From IMG/VR virus record IMGVR_UViG_2529293141_000012: DNA of 46,639 bases; one strand, given 5' to 3'. Every line of letters begins with the position of its first letter. The first letter of the stretch is position 1. The position numbers were made by a program, and so were the translations under genes. Of this stretch, positions 9,000-18,353 are shown piece by piece. The stretch comes from a virus. Its lineage: Duplodnaviria; Heunggongvirae; Uroviricota; Caudoviricetes. Below the pieces are notes generated by a model. The model did no database searches. It was not told the DNA's origin and saw only the letters and a program-made list of their open reading frames with translations.

Positions 9000-9095
9000 A
9001 TTTATACGCTTGCGTATTGATGGTCAAAACACGTTTTGCTATTGCTTGGGTTAATACGCATTGCTATTATTCATTCATTGCAATACCAATAGGAA
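9000..9095. promoter_or_regulatory. Putative OR operators with divergent PRM/PR-like promoters
   Basis: Intergenic region between divergent repressor and cro; near-palindrome ATACGCTTGCGTAT and repeated TTGCTATT / ATTGCAATA motifs. Confidence 0.45.
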
Positions 9096-9101
9096 TTGAT
9101 A

Positions 9102-9329
9102 ATGACAAATCAAACCATTCAACTCGCAATCAGTATTACAGGTAGTCAAAAACGACTGGCAGATCTATGCGGTGTAGCCCAACCCACAGTTTGGCGTTGG
9201 CTACACGGTGGCGGAATTGATGCCCGCTATGTAATGAAAATTGTCTCAGCCACTGGTGGAAAGATTAAACCAGCAGATATTCGTCCCGACCTCGCACCAT
9301 TGTTTAACGCGAGTAATTCTGCCGCCTAA
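9102..9329 (+). CDS. cro: Cro-like HTH regulator
   Basis: 75 aa from the ATG at 9102 (AGGA 7 nt upstream); HTH QKRLADLCGVAQPTVWRW; divergent from the repressor. Confidence 0.65.
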   Translation: MTNQTIQLAISITGSQKRLADLCGVAQPTVWRWLHGGGIDARYVMKIVSATGGKIKPADIRPDLAPLFNASNSAA

Positions 9330-9353
9330 ACTGCGGCGTTAACTGATAAGGCA

Positions 9354-9899
9354 ATGACTATGCAACCACTTACATACCAACAGACTAGCGGATTTAGCCC
9401 GACTGCGGTGATAAATCGTTCTCAAACAAAACAGGCGCCAGGCCACGAAAAAATCCGTGATGCCGTTCGCGCCTGGTCGGCTGCAGATAATCAGGATGTT
9501 GTTGCCGCACTCATTGTGAATGAGTATCGGGAGCAGGGCGGCGGCACCATCGATTTCCCTGATGATGTCAGCCGTGCACGCCAGAAGCTGTTCCGCTTCC
9601 TCGATAACAAATTCGATTCTGAAAAATACCGAAATAACGTGCGTGAACTGACCCCGGCAATTCTGGCGGTACTACCGCTGGAATATCGCGGCCACCTGGT
9701 TGAGCAGGATAGCTACATGGCTCGGCTGGCTGAAATGGAAAAGGAACTCAGTGAGGCAAAACAGGCTGTCATTCTCAACGCACCACGCCACCAGAAACTG
9801 AAGGAGATGAGTGAAGGCATTGTGTCGATGTTTCGTGTGGACCCGGATTTGGCTGGTCCACTGATGGCGATGGTCACCACCATGCTGGGGGCAATATGA
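9354..9899 (+). CDS. Hypothetical 181-aa protein in the cII position (possibly a CII/CP76-type regulator)
   Basis: Located between cro and O where lambdoid phages carry cII, but about twice the size of lambda CII; family assignment is from memory only. Confidence 0.45.
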   Translation: MTMQPLTYQQTSGFSPTAVINRSQTKQAPGHEKIRDAVRAWSAADNQDVVAALIVNEYREQGGGTIDFPDDVSRARQKLFRFLDNKFDSEKYRNNVRELTPAILAVLPLEYRGHLVEQDSYMARLAEMEKELSEAKQAVILNAPRHQKLKEMSEGIVSMFRVDPDLAGPLMAMVTTMLGAI

Positions 9900-9985
9900 C
9901 AGGTTCGGAAATGGCGAAAGCCGGTCTGCGCGAACAGAACCGACTTTCAGGTGCAAATCGTAACACACTCATTGCGGGAGGAATT

Positions 9986-10915
9986 ATGGCAAACACTGCT
10001 GAGATATTCAATTTTCCAGTGCCGGATGTGGCACAAAAGGAGCGGCGCGTGGCAGATCTCGACGATGGTTATACGCGCATTGCAAATGAGTTGCTGGAAG
10101 CTGTGATGCTGGCCGGATTAACACAGCACCAGCTTCTGGTCTTCCTGGCTGTCATGCGCAAAACATATGGCTTTAATAAAAGACTGGATTGGGTGAGCAA
10201 CGAGCAACTTTCCGAATTGACCGGGATATTGCCGAACAAGTGTTCTGCTGCAAAAAGCGTTCTGGTAAAGCGTGGGATTCTTATTCAGAGCGGGCGGAAT
10301 ATCGGCATTAATAATGTGGTCAGTGAATGGTCAACATTACCCGAATCAGGTAAGAAAAATAAAGTTTACCTGAAAGAGGTAAATTTACCTGAATCAGGTA
10401 AGAAAAGTTTACCCAAATCAGGTAAAGGCGTTTACCCGAATCAGGTAAACACAAAAGACAAACTAACAAAAGACAATATAAAACCTTTTTCGTCCGAGAA
10501 TTCTGACGAATCCTCTGACCAGCCAGAAAACGATCTTCCTGTGATGAAACCGGATGCTGCAATTCAGAGCGGCAGCAAGTGGGGGACAGCAGAAGACCTG
10601 ACCGCCGCAGAGTGGATGTTTGACAAGGTGAAGACCATCGCGCCATCAGCCAGAAAACCGAATTTTGCAGGGTGGGCTAACGATATCCGCCTGATGCGTG
10701 AACGTGATGGACGTAACCACCGCGACATGTGCGTGCTGTTCCGCTGGGCATGCCAGGACAACTTCTGGTCCGGTAACGTGCTGAGTCCGGCTAAACTCCG
10801 CGACAAGTGGACCCAGCTCGAAATCAACCGTAACAAGCAACAGGCTGGCGTGACAGCCAGAAAACCAAAACTCGACCTGACAAACACTGACTGGATTTAC
10901 GGGGTGGATTTATGA
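9986..10915 (+). CDS. O: Replication initiator O
   Basis: N-terminus RVADLDDGY… and the internal iteron-coded segment resemble lambda O; strong SD GGGAGG before the ATG at 9986; C-terminal domain near-identical to lambda (matching lambda P downstream). Confidence 0.9.
   Translation: MANTAEIFNFPVPDVAQKERRVADLDDGYTRIANELLEAVMLAGLTQHQLLVFLAVMRKTYGFNKRLDWVSNEQLSELTGILPNKCSAAKSVLVKRGILIQSGRNIGINNVVSEWSTLPESGKKNKVYLKEVNLPESGKKSLPKSGKGVYPNQVNTKDKLTKDNIKPFSSENSDESSDQPENDLPVMKPDAAIQSGSKWGTAEDLTAAEWMFDKVKTIAPSARKPNFAGWANDIRLMRERDGRNHRDMCVLFRWACQDNFWSGNVLSPAKLRDKWTQLEINRNKQQAGVTARKPKLDLTNTDWIYGVDL
10336..10490. repeat. Origin of replication: four or five about 19-bp iterons (TTTACCYGAATCAGGTAAR) plus an A-rich tract inside O
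   Basis: Direct repeats visible in the sequence followed by CACAAAAGACAAACTAACAAAAGACAATATAAAACC, the classic ori-lambda layout. Confidence 0.8.
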
Positions 10916-11613
10916 AAAACATCGCCGCACAGATGGTTAACTTTGACCGTGAGCAGATGCGTCGGATCGCCAACAACATGCCGGAACAGTACGACGAAAA
11001 GCCGCAGGTACAACAGGTAGCGCAGATCATCAACGGTGTGTTCAGCCAGTTACTGGCAACTTTCCCGGCGAGCCTGGCTAACCGTGACCAGAATGAACTG
11101 AACGAAATCCGCCGCCAGTGGGTTCTGGCTTTCCGGGAAAACGGGATCACCACAATGGAACAGGTTAACGCAGGAATGCGCGTAGCCCGTCGGCAGAATC
11201 GACCATTCCTGCCATCACCCGGGCAGTTTGTCGCCTGGTGCCGGGAAGAAGCATCCGTTAACGCCGGGCTGCCAAACGTCAGCGAGCTGGTTGATATGGT
11301 TTACGAGTATTGCCGGAAGCGTGGCCTGTATCCGGATGCAGAGTCTTATCCGTGGAAATCGAACGCGCATTACTGGCTGGTTACCAACCTGTACCAGAAC
11401 ATGCGGGCCAATGCGCTTACTGATGCGGAATTACGGCGCAAGGCTGCCGATGAACTGTCCTGTATGACCGCGCGAATTAACCGTGGTGAGGCGATACCTG
11501 AACCAGTAAAACAGCTTCCTGTCATGGGCGGTAGACCTCTAAATCGTGCACAGGCTCTGGCGAAGATCGCAGAAATCAAAGCTAAGTTTGGGCTGAAAGG
11601 AGCAAGTGTATGA
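10912..11613 (+). CDS. P: Replication protein P (DnaB helicase loader)
   Basis: 233 aa, MKNIAAQMVNFDREQMRRIANNMPEQYDEKPQVQQ… near-identical to lambda P. Confidence 0.97.
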   Translation: MKNIAAQMVNFDREQMRRIANNMPEQYDEKPQVQQVAQIINGVFSQLLATFPASLANRDQNELNEIRRQWVLAFRENGITTMEQVNAGMRVARRQNRPFLPSPGQFVAWCREEASVNAGLPNVSELVDMVYEYCRKRGLYPDAESYPWKSNAHYWLVTNLYQNMRANALTDAELRRKAADELSCMTARINRGEAIPEPVKQLPVMGGRPLNRAQALAKIAEIKAKFGLKGASV

Positions 11614-11783
11614 CGGGCAAAGAGGCAATTATTTATTACCTGGGGACGCATAAGAGTTTCTGTGCGCAGGACGTTGCTGCGGCAACAGGTGTGACAGTAA
11701 CCTGCATAAATCAGGCAGCAGCTAAAATGGCGCGTGCAGGAATCCTGGTCATTGATGGTAAGGTCTGGCGAACGTTTGTTTAA
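11610..11783 (+). CDS. ren: Ren, C-terminally truncated (57 aa versus about 96 in lambda)
   Basis: My own translation MTGKEAIIYYLGTHKSFCAQDVAAATGVTVTCINQAAAKMARAGILVIDGKVWRTFV; homology ends at the junction with AT-rich inserted DNA. Confidence 0.6.
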   Translation: MTGKEAIIYYLGTHKSFCAQDVAAATGVTVTCINQAAAKMARAGILVIDGKVWRTFV

Positions 11784-11929
11784 CGGTTAGCTACTCAGGA
11801 TGATAGGGCGCGGCAAGTGAGTATGAAGCGGATTTTCAGGAATGCCATCAGAGTTTGGAAATAAAGTGGGTTTTCTAGTGGCAAGAGACTTGATAATATT
11901 TAGTTCTTTGAAGCCAAGGAGATAGGGTT

Positions 11930-12424
11930 ATGAGAAAATTTATTTTAGCCTTTGTCATAAGTGCCTCGTTTACAGCAAATGCTGGTGTAGAGAAGTTAGG
12001 GCCGTGGATAACAAAGTCTGAGATAAATAAAATGACTGACCAGACTGACTTTGTGGCTCTTAATTTATCACCAGATTCATATAACAAAGCAGGTACTGAT
12101 CGTGCAACTTCACTGGTGTTGCGTTGTAGTGATAACAAAACAGATGCCTATTTATCATTCAATGATTATATGGGTTCGGACAACCCAAGAATTACAGTGC
12201 GGTTAGATGGCGGAAAGCCGGTCAAGAGTGTTTGGGGTGGTGGGGAAGGCGGTGATTCTGCATTTGCTCCACAACCAATACAATTTATAAAGACCTTGGC
12301 TAAGCATAAAAAAGCCATTTTTGGGTTTGAACCTTATGGATCAACTATGCAAGTAGTTGAGTTTGACTTGTCTGAGATTGATAAGGTTGTGGAAAAAATT
12401 TCACAGTCTTGCAATTGGAAATGA
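11930..12424 (+). CDS. Hypothetical secreted protein (Sec signal peptide), accessory moron
   Basis: 164 aa, signal peptide MRKFILAFVISASFTANA; strong SD AAGGAG; AT-rich; intrinsic terminator immediately downstream. Confidence 0.6.
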   Translation: MRKFILAFVISASFTANAGVEKLGPWITKSEINKMTDQTDFVALNLSPDSYNKAGTDRATSLVLRCSDNKTDAYLSFNDYMGSDNPRITVRLDGGKPVKSVWGGGEGGDSAFAPQPIQFIKTLAKHKKAIFGFEPYGSTMQVVEFDLSEIDKVVEKISQSCNWK

Positions 12425-12443
12425 CAAAAAAATTTCATATGAA

Positions 12444-12468
12444 CCCAGTTGGCGCTGGGTTTTTTATT
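12444..12468 (+). terminator. Intrinsic terminator after the secreted-protein gene
   Basis: Hairpin CCCAG-TTGGCG-CTGGG followed by TTTTTTAT. Confidence 0.55.
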
Positions 12469-12888
12469 TCAGTAGCCAATAATGCATTCAAAATCTCTTA
12501 CTTGAGAAACGGCCTATTTGAGATTTCAGTCGTGGCAGGATGATCAGTTGATTCGAGTATTGACGCATTTACGTTCTGAACGGCTGTAATAAAGTTGCGG
12601 GAGAGAAATGCCGCTAGTATTTTGTAATTAATTGAATGCCGACGGTTTAATGAGAAGTCAAGAACACTACTTGTACTATAATCGTTCGATGTTAGTGAGG
12701 GTTTGATGCAAAAAATGAAGTGATTGACCCTAAATTTGCGCGATCAGCGACAGATTGTACACCGAGATCCTGTGGGCTGGAATTTGCAGAGAAATACCGA
12801 AAATGATATCCAATATTGTTTTCAGTTCCTACATCATACCTGATAAGGGTATAATCATAAAAATTAGGATAATTCAAGTTATAATTGT

Positions 12889-13305
12889 ATGAATAAAAAC
12901 GACCTTGAAGCATTATCTGACACTAGGCTTAATGAGGCCAAATGCTTGCTTGATCATGGCTTTTTTCATGGTGCATATTATCTTTGTGGGTATGCAGTTG
13001 AATGTGCATTGAAGGCCTGTATTGCCAAGTCATTTTTACAACATGAGTTTCCAAACAAAAAAGTCGTAAATGATTCATATACTCATGATTTGTCGCAACT
13101 TCTCAAAATTGCCAACTTACATCAAATTTTGATTGCTGACGCAAAAAATGATGTTTCGTTGGAGATTAACTGGTCGGTCGTTAAAGACTGGAGCGAGCAA
13201 TTTAGATACGACAATAACATAAGTAAAGCTATGGCCGAACAATTGTTTGATGCTGTAGGTGACCAAAATTCTGGAGTTTTGAAATGGGTAAAAGCACACT
13301 GGTAA
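12889..13305 (+). CDS. HEPN-domain-like protein (putative toxin or abortive-infection effector)
   Basis: 138 aa; helix GAYYLCGYAVECALKACIAK and downstream THDLSQLL resemble the HEPN fold signature; AT-rich; TATAAT about 35 nt upstream. Confidence 0.55.
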   Translation: MNKNDLEALSDTRLNEAKCLLDHGFFHGAYYLCGYAVECALKACIAKSFLQHEFPNKKVVNDSYTHDLSQLLKIANLHQILIADAKNDVSLEINWSVVKDWSEQFRYDNNISKAMAEQLFDAVGDQNSGVLKWVKAHW

Positions 13306-13685
13306 TCGGCAGAGAGTTGACAAAAGATATGGAATTCTCAGGTCAATTTTTATTAAAAAAACTCAAGTTACAGAATTTAACCATTGATGCTGCAATGTGG
13401 TTTTATTACCCAGATCTATCTTGGAGATATATTTTAGTTATCAGTGACTTCTCAGAACGTGGACCGGCAGAAATATATAGAAAAATCAGTGAGATAAATA
13501 GAAACAGCATATCAAAAAAGTATAAGCCGATACCATTAGAAGCAATTGAGGCTAAGGGGGATTCAGCTTTTATTTATAAAATGTTAAAAGGATTTGCTAG
13601 AGTCAACGATGGTAAAGTTCGCGTTTCTAATTCTATGGTAAATGGTTTAGAAATCGTTGACTGTCTGATCTATGAGTTAAAATAA
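13284..13685 (+). CDS. Hypothetical partner protein, translationally coupled to the HEPN-like gene
   Basis: 133-aa ORF overlapping the upstream gene by 22 nt with SD GGAG; no recognisable family; stem-loop at about 13761-13785 downstream. Confidence 0.45.
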   Translation: MGKSTLVIGRELTKDMEFSGQFLLKKLKLQNLTIDAAMWFYYPDLSWRYILVISDFSERGPAEIYRKISEINRNSISKKYKPIPLEAIEAKGDSAFIYKMLKGFARVNDGKVRVSNSMVNGLEIVDCLIYELK

Positions 13686-13906
13686 GAAATCTCTTGCTGG
13701 GTATCATTATTGTTTAAATGACTTTTGATTTTCAATAATCAACTTGTCATAATTAAGTCACCGGAGTTTGAACTCCTCCGGTGACTTCTGCGCTAAACGG
13801 GGACGTTTATGCGCACATACAATCCAAACTCTCTTCTCCCTTCACAGATGCAGAAATGCACCTGCGATATCTTGCATCCAGCGTTTGATCTCTGCGGAGG
13901 TGAAGC

Positions 13907-14362
13907 GTGAACTTCCCACAAGATGGCATCAAACTGCATCGCGGTAACTTCACCGCTATCGGTCGGCAGATCCAGCCTTATCTGGAGGACGGCAAATGCT
14001 TTCGCATGGTGCTTAAACCGTGGCGCGAGAGACGCAGTCTTTCCCAGAATGCACTCAGCCACATGTGGTACAGCGAAATCAGTGAATACCTCATCAGCAA
14101 GGGTAAAACGTTCGCTACTCCAGCTTGGGTAAAAGATGCTCTCAAACACACATATCTCGGTTATGAAACCAAAGACCTGGTTGATGTCGTAACCGGTGAT
14201 ATCACCACTATCCAGTCGTTACGCCATACCTCCGATCTTGATACCGGAGAGATGTATGTCTTCCTGTGTAAGGTTGAAGCCTGGGCGATGAATATTGGTT
14301 GCCACCTGACTATTCCACAGAGCTGCGAGTTTCAGCTGCTGCGCGACAAGCAGGAGGCGTAA
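13907..14362 (+). CDS. ybcN: YbcN-like nin-region protein
   Basis: 151 aa; sequence recalled as matching E. coli DLP12 YbcN; GTG start with SD GGAGG. Confidence 0.75.
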   Translation: MNFPQDGIKLHRGNFTAIGRQIQPYLEDGKCFRMVLKPWRERRSLSQNALSHMWYSEISEYLISKGKTFATPAWVKDALKHTYLGYETKDLVDVVTGDITTIQSLRHTSDLDTGEMYVFLCKVEAWAMNIGCHLTIPQSCEFQLLRDKQEA

Positions 14363-14532
14363 TGGCTACACCGCTTATTCGTGTCATGAACGGACACATC
14401 TACAGAGTACCAAATCGTCGTAAGCGTAAACCTGAGCTGAAGCCATCCGAAATACCAACACTGCTCGGATATACCGCCAGCTTGGTTGATAAAAAATGGT
14501 TGCGACTGGCAGCAAGGAGGAGTCATGGCTGA
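14362..14532 (+). CDS. ninE: NinE
   Basis: [46 protein letters not shown]… matches recalled NinE; start overlaps the ybcN stop. Confidence 0.8.
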   Translation: MATPLIRVMNGHIYRVPNRRKRKPELKPSEIPTLLGYTASLVDKKWLRLAARRSHG

Positions 14533-14815
14533 TTTGAGAAAAGCAGCGCGTGGTCGGGAATGCCAGGTAAGAATCCCTGGCGTATGTAATGGCAACCCTG
14601 AAACGTCTGTACTGGCACATATCCGGCTGACTGGATTGTGCGGCACCGGTACGAAACCGCCAGACCTGATTGCCACCATTGCATGTTCTGCCTGCCACGA
14701 CGAAATCGACCGCTGCACGCATTTTGTTGACGCTGGATATGCAAAAGAATGCGCGCTGGAAGGTATGGCGAGAACGCAGGTTATCTGGCTGAAAGAGGGG
14801 GTAATTAAGGCGTGA
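14525..14815 (+). CDS. ybcO: YbcO-like DUF1364 protein (putative nuclease)
   Basis: [34 protein letters not shown]…; SD AGGAGG before the ATG at 14525. Confidence 0.8.
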   Translation: MADLRKAARGRECQVRIPGVCNGNPETSVLAHIRLTGLCGTGTKPPDLIATIACSACHDEIDRCTHFVDAGYAKECALEGMARTQVIWLKEGVIKA

Positions 14816-15174
14816 ATACTTACCACATCACACTACCCTGGCCGCCGAGCAATAACCGCTACTACCGCCATAATCGAGGGCGCACGCACATCAGCGCAGA
14901 AGGGCAGGCATACCGCGATAACGTCGCCCGAATCATTAAAGGCTCAATGCTGGATATCGGTCTGGCTATGCCTGTGAAAATCCGCATTGAGTGCCACATG
15001 CCGGATCGCCGTCGCCGTGACCTGGATAATCTGCAAAAAGCCGCTTTTGACGCACTCACTAAAGCAGGTTTCTGGCTGGATGATGCTCAGGTCGTTGATT
15101 ACCGTGTTGTGAAGATGCCTGTTACCAAAGGTGGGAGGCTGGAACTGACCATCACCGAAATGGGGAATGAATGA
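14812..15174 (+). CDS. rusA: Holliday-junction resolvase RusA
   Basis: 120 aa, [41 protein letters not shown]… matches recalled E. coli RusA. Confidence 0.95.
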   Translation: MNTYHITLPWPPSNNRYYRHNRGRTHISAEGQAYRDNVARIIKGSMLDIGLAMPVKIRIECHMPDRRRRDLDNLQKAAFDALTKAGFWLDDAQVVDYRVVKMPVTKGGRLELTITEMGNE

Positions 15175-15311
15175 TGTTTGAGTTTTATATGGCAGAACTT
15201 CTTCGCCACCGCTGGGGGCATCTGCGCTTATATCGTTTCCCCGGTTCTGTTTTGACCGATTACCGAATACTGAAGAATTACGCCAAAACCCTGACAGGAG
15301 CAGGAGTATGA
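15171..15311 (+). CDS. ylcG: Small protein YlcG-like (46 aa)
   Basis: My own translation [46 protein letters not shown]; overlaps the rusA stop; below the track cutoff. Confidence 0.55.
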   Translation: MMFEFYMAELLRHRWGHLRLYRFPGSVLTDYRILKNYAKTLTGAGV

Positions 15312-15396
15312 AGTCAGAGATAACAATCAACTAATACTGTTTTGTTGATTTTTGCTTGTAATTGGCGTTCTGGTCTGATTTTTGTGGAGTAAGTTG

Positions 15397-15780
15397 ATGC
15401 GTGATATTCAGATGGTTCTTGAGCGTTGGGGAGCGTGGGCGGCTAATAATCATGAAGATGTGACCTGGTCGTCCATTGCCGCCGGTTTTAAGGGATTAAT
15501 TACTTCAAAAGTAAAATCTCGCCCGCAATGTTGTGACGATGACGCGATGATTATTTGCGGGTGCATGGCCCGTCTGAAAAAGAACAACAGCGATTTGCAC
15601 GATTTATTAGTAGATTATTATGTAGTCGGTATGACATTCATGTCACTGGCAGGTAAGCATTGCTGCTCTGATGGTTATATCGGGAAAAGGTTACAGAAGG
15701 CTGAGGGCATAATTGAAGGGATGTTAATGGCATTAGATATCCGGTTAGAGATGGATATCGTTGTTAATAACTCTAATTAA
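15397..15780 (+). CDS. quuD: Late-gene antiterminator Q (phage-82 / QuuD type)
   Basis: 127 aa from the ATG at 15397 (SD GGAG); [33 protein letters not shown]… recalled as the DLP12 or phage-82 Q family. Confidence 0.85.
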   Translation: MRDIQMVLERWGAWAANNHEDVTWSSIAAGFKGLITSKVKSRPQCCDDDAMIICGCMARLKKNNSDLHDLLVDYYVVGMTFMSLAGKHCCSDGYIGKRLQKAEGIIEGMLMALDIRLEMDIVVNNSN

Positions 15781-15969
15781 TATGCCAGTTGTTTACTAAA
15801 AATTATTAAAAATGGGGCGTTGCAACGCCCCCAAAAATAAAGGGTAATATATAACAGAAGGTTTATATAGTTAGAAGCAAGGTTGTGCTCCTAAAGGAAG
15901 TGGCTTGAGGGAGCCACTTATATGTTGGGGAGGCAAAGCCTCCCGCAACATATCTTTTTCGTAATCAGA
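15781..15969 (+). promoter_or_regulatory. Putative late promoter / qut / tR' region
   Basis: Intergenic region right after Q with three stem-loops (GGGGCGTTGCAACGCCCC; GTGGC…GCCAC; GGGAGGCAAAGCCTCCC followed by a T-run). Confidence 0.35.
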
Positions 15970-17052
15970 TTAGAACTGGTAAACCAGACCTACAGCAACG
16001 ATATCATCGGTAGCAACGCCAGATGCTTTCGTGAAATCGCTCTTATCAATCAGGTTGATTTTGTAATCAACAAAAGTGGACATATTTTTGTTGAAGTAAT
16101 AGGTTGCACCTACATCAATATATTCAACCAGGTCCTGATCACCCCACGCACCCAAGTCTTTTCCTTTAGATTGCAGGTAAGCAACGGACGGACGCAGACC
16201 GAAGTCGAACTGATATTGTGCAACTACTTCGAAGTTTTGTGCTTTGTTGGCAATATGGTTATTACCAAAAACAGTCATGTTCTGGGTTTCAGAATAGGTG
16301 GTAGCCAGATAGATGTTGTTCGCATCATATTTCAGACCAGCTGCCCATACTTCAGCATTTTGACCAGATGCATTCAGGCTGTTGTTACCGTAGATAACCT
16401 GATTATTAGTGCGGTCAGATTTAGCATAGGTTGCACCTACACCGAATCCTTCATACTCATAAGTAGTGGAGAAACCGAAACCATCACCATTAGCTTCAGT
16501 TACGTCAGTGCGGTCATTTTTACCCTGATACTGAGCAGCAAAGTTCAGACCATCAACCAGACCAAAGAAGTCGTTGTTACGATAAGTTGCAACACCAGTG
16601 GTGCGACCAGTCATGAACACATCTGTTTGGGTCCAGGTATCGCCACCGAATTCTGGCAGAACGTCAGTCCACGCACCGATGTCATATGCTACACCGTAGT
16701 TACGGCCGTAATCGATTGAGCCGTAGTCCCCGAATTTCAGGCCTGCAAATGCAAGACGGGTTTTGTCTTTGGAGGAGCCTTGAGATTCAGCGCGGTTGCC
16801 TTTGAATTCATATTCCCACTGACCGAAACCAGTCAGTTGATCGTTGATTTGGGTTTCACCTTTGAAGCCAAGACGGGCATAAGTAGTATCACCATCATCT
16901 GCATCATTAGAGGAGAAGTAGTGCTTGGCATTAACTTTCCCATATAGATCCAGCTTGTTACTGTCTTTATTATAAATTTCAGCTGCCTGAGCAGACATCG
17001 CCATCAGTACTGATGCAGCTACAGCAGAAATTGCCACTGTTAATTTTTTCAT
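15970..17052 (-). CDS. nmpC: Prophage-encoded general porin (OmpC/NmpC/Lc family)
   Basis: 360 aa with signal peptide [23 protein letters not shown], porin motifs and C-terminal …VGLVYQF; same location (between Q and lysis, opposite strand) as nmpC in DLP12 and lc in PA-2. Confidence 0.9.
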   Translation of the reverse strand: MKKLTVAISAVAASVLMAMSAQAAEIYNKDSNKLDLYGKVNAKHYFSSNDADDGDTTYARLGFKGETQINDQLTGFGQWEYEFKGNRAESQGSSKDKTRLAFAGLKFGDYGSIDYGRNYGVAYDIGAWTDVLPEFGGDTWTQTDVFMTGRTTGVATYRNNDFFGLVDGLNFAAQYQGKNDRTDVTEANGDGFGFSTTYEYEGFGVGATYAKSDRTNNQVIYGNNSLNASGQNAEVWAAGLKYDANNIYLATTYSETQNMTVFGNNHIANKAQNFEVVAQYQFDFGLRPSVAYLQSKGKDLGAWGDQDLVEYIDVGATYYFNKNMSTFVDYKINLIDKSDFTKASGVATDDIVAVGLVYQF

Positions 17053-17640
17053 CGTGAGCCCTTTTTTTTGAACTATTATTAAAAAATGATGTCACTGCGC
17101 GATAAATATTCATCTAATCAATGTGATTATTTCAAGATGTAAGTTTTAGTTTCTCATTTAATTTGTGAAGTAGATCTCTATTTTTATCTGAACTTTTTCT
17201 ATCGAAACCTATTTATGGCTCTTATTTGAACAAAAATAAACCTATTAGCTAATTTATATTAATGGTTGTTATTTATGGAGGTTCTATAATTCGGCAGTTT
17301 AATTTAAATCAACTAAAAATAACGTCTGAAATTATTTATTGGTTATTTGTTGAGGTTTTCTTATGTATTTGTGGTGGTGTTTTGAACACTCGGTAGCATT
17401 CTCATAAATATCATTCAGTGGTTTACGTACGTAAAAAATTGGTTATGCTGTTAAGAGTGGTTACTTCGTCACACAGCTTAAACCCGCCGTCGAGCTGGTT
17501 TTTCCATTTTTTGAGTCTCGATATTAGCTGATAACTCAATACCTGAGTTATTCACTGACTCCGAGTCTGTTACGTTTCTGCTTTTTTGCGATACGTTGTA
17601 TTCCCTCAATTTACACCCGCTTTGTCTGCGAGGTGGGGTT

Positions 17641-17856
17641 ATGAAATCCATGGATAAGTTAACAACGGGTGTCGCCTATGGCACCTCAGCAGGTAGTGCC
17701 GGTTACTGGTTTTTACAGCTGCTCGATAAAGTCACGCCCTCACAGTGGGCAGCAATAGGTGTGCTGGGTAGCCTGGTATTTGGCCTGCTGACGTACCTGA
17801 CAAACCTTTATTTCAAGATTAAAGAAGATAAGCGCAAGGCTGCGAGAGGTGAATAA
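17641..17856 (+). CDS. essD: Class-II-like holin with dual-start motif (S/EssD type)
   Basis: 71 aa, MKSMDK… (Met1-Lys-Ser-Met4 dual start), TM segments; SD GAGGTGG. Confidence 0.85.
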
Positions 17857-18353
17857 TGCCTCCATCATTACGAAAAGCCGTTGCTGCTGCTATTGGTGGC
17901 GGAGCAATTGCTATAGCATCAGTGTTAATCACTGGCCCAAGTGGTAACGATGGTCTGGAAGGTGTCAGCTACATACCATACAAAGATATTGTTGGTGTAT
18001 GGACTGTATGTCACGGGCATACAGGAAAAGACATCATGCTCGGTAAAACGTATACCAAAGCAGAATGCAAAGCCCTCCTGAATAAAGACCTTGCCACGGT
18101 CGCCAGACAAATTAACCCGTACATAAAAGTTGATATACCGGAAACAACGCGCGGCGCTCTTTACTCGTTCGTTTACAACGTGGGCGCTGGCAATTTCAGA
18201 ACATCGACGCTTCTTCGCAAAATAAACCAGGGCGATATCAAAGGCGCATGTGATCAGCTACGTCGCTGGACATATGCTGGCGGTAAGCAATGGAAAGGTC
18301 TCATGACTCGTCGTGAGATTGAGCGTGAAATCTGTTTGTGGGGTCAGCAATGA
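17856..18353 (+). CDS. rrrD: SAR-type endolysin (T4-lysozyme-like, RrrD family)
   Basis: 165 aa; N-terminal hydrophobic signal-arrest-release segment [18 protein letters not shown], lysozyme core. Confidence 0.9.
   Translation: MPPSLRKAVAAAIGGGAIAIASVLITGPSGNDGLEGVSYIPYKDIVGVWTVCHGHTGKDIMLGKTYTKAECKALLNKDLATVARQINPYIKVDIPETTRGALYSFVYNVGAGNFRTSTLLRKINQGDIKGACDQLRRWTYAGGKQWKGLMTRREIEREICLWGQQ

Noticed and set aside
12692-12913. 73-aa minus-strand ORF upstream of the HEPN-like gene
   Set aside because: Tyr/Asn-rich low-complexity translation in an AT-rich promoter region; reads through the HEPN start.
15922-16719. 265-aa plus-strand ORF overlapping the porin gene
   Set aside because: Antisense to an intact porin with signal peptide and C-terminal motif; Ile/Val-rich low-complexity translation.
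17053-17640. tRNA genes between the porin and holin (some lambdoid phages carry tRNAs near Q-S)
   Set aside because: The region is uniformly AT-rich with no segment showing tRNA-like GC-rich stems or a TTCGA T-loop on inspection; a tRNAscan run would be needed to confirm.
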